Shown piece by piece: positions 60,403 through 64,000 of a stretch of 64,000 nucleotides of DNA. The stretch is from Peribolospora baueri. Its lineage: Eukaryota. The DNA lies in contig JAMDHS010000014.1 of NCBI GenBank assembly GCA_029717555.1, positions 1 to 64,000 of the forward strand, read 5' to 3'. The position numbers were made by a program, and so were the translations under genes. Numbering within the stretch: the stretch's first letter is position 1; each line of letters begins with the position of its first letter. Below the pieces are notes generated by a model. That model did not search any database. It was not told the DNA's origin and was given only the letters and a program-made list of their open reading frames with translations.

Positions 60403-63400
60403 TCACTTCTCCCACGCGGAGTAAATGATGGCCGAGAGCGCGGTGAGCTCCTTCACCTCGCCAAGCGCCTACACCGCCAGTCCACGCGCCAACGTCGGGT
60501 CGGGTCGGGTTGGGTCGGAGGGTGTAGGGTAAGGTCGTGCCGTATCGTGTTGAGTGCGCGTCAGGGATGGCAGACGGACGACCCACGAGGAGAGGAAGCC
60601 GGTTCCAGAAGTGCGTCAGAGTCAGCCAAGCTCGGCGCCAGAAATGAACATCGACGGACACGCAGCGCTCCGATCCGACCGCCCGTCCAGCTTACCTCGA
60701 GGTACTCGTTCGGCACGCCGTGCACAGCCAGTGTGCTCTGTCTGCTCACGAGGGGGAACAAGGTCGCAAGGCGCGCCTTGCTTCCCACTATCGGCCGTCC
60801 CTTCTCATCCACCTCCGCCAGGCGTGGCCCCGAGATGGGCATCGGCGCCAGCCGCGCCTCCTTCCCATGCCCATGCCCACGCGGAAAGGAAGCGGCGGCG
60901 CTGCGAAGAAGGACCACCTCGTCCCAGTCCACTCCGAACGCGGGGCACAGCGCCCGCTCGAACACGTCGAATGCGGCGTCGAGGGAGAGGGACAGCACGG
61001 CAGAGAAGTCGGGCGACTCGGCGATGTCACACGTCTCCTCGAGCAGCGACCGCAGCTCCGGCTCTGGTGCCTCGAGAGGGGCGAAGGATGCGGATGCGGA
61101 CGAGCCGCTGGCTTCGGCGAGCACGACGTTCTCGTCGGCAGGCGTGAGAGGGAGAAGGAACGGAAGGAAGCTAGGCAAGCGAAGGGCGGAAAGGCGAACA
61201 CGGAGAATGAGTGAATGAAGGGACGTCATGGCAAACCCGTTGGACAAACGCTCTCCGGCATGCATATCACATTCGCAGAAAGCGACTCACTTAAATGGAA
61301 CGGGTCGGCCCTGGGCGTCTCTGTCCCACTCGATTTTGTTCCTTACTTGACCGATCAGCTCTTCCATCTCGACGAACGATAGCTCTCGTTTGAGTGAGAG
61401 ACTGCGCAGACGGAGCCAGGAAGTCGAGGAGGGAAGGGAGATGTTGTCGTCAACGTGCCAAGGCAACAACAAGCGCGGCGCGCACCCGTCACTCACCCTC
61501 CGAAAACATCCTCGACCGCGCTCCTGACTCTCTCGGCCACCTTTTTCCATCCCACGTGCAGCACCCACCAAGCGAAGGTGAGGTACCTCTGCTCTGTCTC
61601 CTTGGCCAACCTCTTCCGCCTTTGCGCACCACCGCCGGACGAAGCTCCCACGTCGGCGCTTCCCTCCTCCTCCTCCTCCTCTTCATCGTCCTCCTCACCG
61701 TCGTCGAACAATGCCTCCGCACGTGCTCCCGTGAGCAGATCGCCGGGGAACTCGCCTTCCCCACTCGGCGAAAGTGGGTCCCGGTTCTGCAGGCGTATCC
61801 GCGCCGCCCCTGAGGAAGACGAGGAGGACGTGGCGGAAGCGAGGGAGAAGACCGAGGAAACGTAGTTGAATCGCCCTAGCAGGTTTACTTGGACGTGCGT
61901 CAGGAGGGTGAGGAGGACGAGCGTGTAGAGCGCCGTCAAGGACCGGGAGAAGGCTGATGGTGCGCGGATCCGTCGGTCATGAGCGACATAGGATCGGTCA
62001 TCATTAGCTCCTTCCTTTTTTCACACGGATAAAGTTCGAGATCAACTCACAAAGGACTTTGATCTCGTTCCAAATCTCTGCCTTCGTCCGTCGGTCGGCA
62101 TCCTTTTCTCGCTCGTCAACGACACCGACGACCTTCTCCGCCGCCACAAACCCATCGGCGCTCGTCTCCTTCTGCTTCCCGAGCGCTACGACCCGTTTCG
62201 TTTCCTCGTCGCCGGACGTTTCGAACGCTTGAGCGACGTCCGCCACGGCTGCCGCCGCCGGTGGTACAGATACCAGGGTGGAACGGGCCGGTTCCCCGCC
62301 CGCGCCTTTCTCCGCGCCATCCGTCCCCGTCGCTCCGTCCGCCCGTGCCACAAACTCTTTCGCCCATTCCGCACCCGTCTCACCTACGATCGCTTGCGTC
62401 GCGTGACCGTTGGGCTTGGCGTCAGACTGAGGCTCGCCAAAAGCGCTACCGGCGACCGGCACAGCAGCGTCTTCGGCGGCGTCGAAGACATGCTCGGGGG
62501 ACACTCCGTTCTCCTGAGCTCCCGCGACGCCGTCGGGAACGTTGACAGAATCCGCGGACACCTCCTCTTCCGGGTTTTCTGACGGCGCGTCCGTCGTAGC
62601 TGGGGTCGTGTCACCTTCCTCGGCCAAGACATACGGCTGCACACCCTCCTTCTCTGCACTCCTTTCTCCCGCACCGCCCACCTCTTCCTTTGCCTCTGTC
62701 TTCTCCAAGCTAGATGGTCCGTTGTTCGTCGCCTCCGCTGCAGAAGTGGTCGGCTCGGCTGTTCGCTTTCCATCCTCAGTGAGAGCGTCGTCGGACGTTC
62801 CGTTCGGCCCCGGCTTGGCTTCTCCCAAATCGCCACTGGCTTGAACGCCACCTTGGCTTTCGCTTGTCGCCCTGGTCGCCGTCTCGGGCTCCGTCTGCGG
62901 CGTCTCGCTTCCCACCCGCCCTTCCTCCACCGTGGTCACCGTCGCGGCCACCTCGGCCAACTTGGCCCTCCTCGCCTTGGTCTGCAAGGCAGACGTGAGC
63001 GCCTCCACGTCCATGCTCTCGAACAGCTGGTCCCCAAAGGTGGGCAGGAGGGCAAGGACGGTGAACTGACAGTCGCTTTGGTTCTGACCAAAACGTCGTT
63101 GGAGACTGGGGGGTGCGTGTTTCCACGAAAAGAGATGAAATGGAATGGAATCGGAAGGTGAATGCGACGAATGCAGGGTACGCAATCTCGCTGTCTTTCT
63201 TCCCGCGCCTCCGATGGTTTCCCACTCCCTTCCCGGCCGCCACAAGGGACGTGGGGAGGGCGGGGCGGGGCGGGGGACGAATCAAGGACACAGTCACAAA
63301 CAGGGAGAAAGGGAAGGAATGATAAAGACTCACTTCTCCCTCCCACTCTTGTCCTCGGTCAACCTCCTCTGCACATCCCTGAGCTTCTCCGCGGCGTACT

Positions 63401-63491
63401 GGCCCAGGAGGTAGGCGCCTCCCACGAAGCCGCCAGCGAGGGCGAAGCCTCTCCGACGGTCGTAGAAGTAGTTGTAGATGGAGGAGAGCAT
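60403..63491 (-). CDS. PEX3: Peroxin-3
   Basis: MLSSIYNYFYDRRRGFALAGGFVGGAYLLGQYA, N|LQRRFGQNQSDCQFTVLALLP, KAEIWNEIKVL|SFSRSLTALY..LLTHVQVNLLGRFNY, EQRYLTFAWWVLHVGW, ETCDIAESPDF, NEYLE|ALGEVKELTALSAIIYSAWEK*. Confidence 0.95.
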
Positions 63492-64000
63492 GGATAAGGA
63501 AGAAGCGAGGTGGAGAGAAGCGGTTACGGACCGTGCACTCGCACGACACGAGGTCCAGGAAAGCGAACCGGCCGTGCGTCGTTCTCGTTCTCAAACCTGC
63601 GGATGGTCCTGCTCGGGATTGCGCGTGACTGCTGCGGTAACTCGGAGATCGGCCTCGGCTGTCCGGCCTGTGCGACAGCGGCGGGCAGAGGGATGTATGT
63701 GACTACCAAGGACGGGGACGAAGGGATATAGATAGATGGACGAGGGCGAGCAATGCAAGGAAGCTGAAGGATCGATGGACATGAGATGCTTGAGTCGAGG
63801 ACGCGGCCCCAGTGCCAGCGTCTTCACCAACACGACTCTCGCCTCGCCCACTTCACGGCGTCCTCCGCCCTCATCTCGTCTCTCAGTACGTCCTCCAGCC
63901 GCTCTGTTGCCACGACTCATACTCCTTCTACATCCTCTGCTCAACACCGGACACCTGCTTTAGCTCACTTAACCGCGAATGTCGCGCCGTCGCCTCCTCC

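Noticed and set aside
1..64000. Mating-type locus, CAAX pheromone ORFs, TPP riboswitch, TGA-CTA readthrough sites, CRISPR arrays, transposases, tRNA/rRNA
   Set aside because: Looked for by eye with no convincing match; all tandem repeats lack spacers.

Overview
Eukaryotic, GC-rich, intron-dense fungal DNA. It is a basidiomycete judging from the protein sequences and GT(G/A)AG donors, probably Pucciniomycotina-like, but I cannot fix the taxon from sequence alone. About 17 protein genes can be reconstructed by hand-splicing: SHR3, a Gin4/Hsl1/Cdr2-type kinase, an XPT1-like Stealth sugar-phosphotransferase, PTR2, a 1091-aa disordered protein with a PP1-docking motif, PBDC1, MKT1, SmB, RPL11, a SYLF/Ysc84-domain protein, RXT3, VPS25, a GPI-anchored aspartic protease, an EF-hand type II NADH dehydrogenase, a forkhead factor, PEX3 and a small secreted protein. 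No rRNA, tRNA, CRISPR array or recognisable transposase was found. The one accessory-looking segment is a ~3 kb island (about 12820-15900) between the convergent XPT1 and PTR2 genes. It holds an intact orphan gene for a signal peptide + LxxR propeptide + 6-Cys peptide, placed directly in front of a 5'-truncated, heavily frameshifted GT15 (KRE2/KTR) mannosyltransferase remnant. Other points of interest are a Tbf1/Cbf1-like bidirectional promoter between SmB and RPL11, a duplicated CDK-site module in the forkhead protein, several 6-17 nt micro-exons and a GC-AG intron. All splice models and family calls are manual and were not checked against databases.
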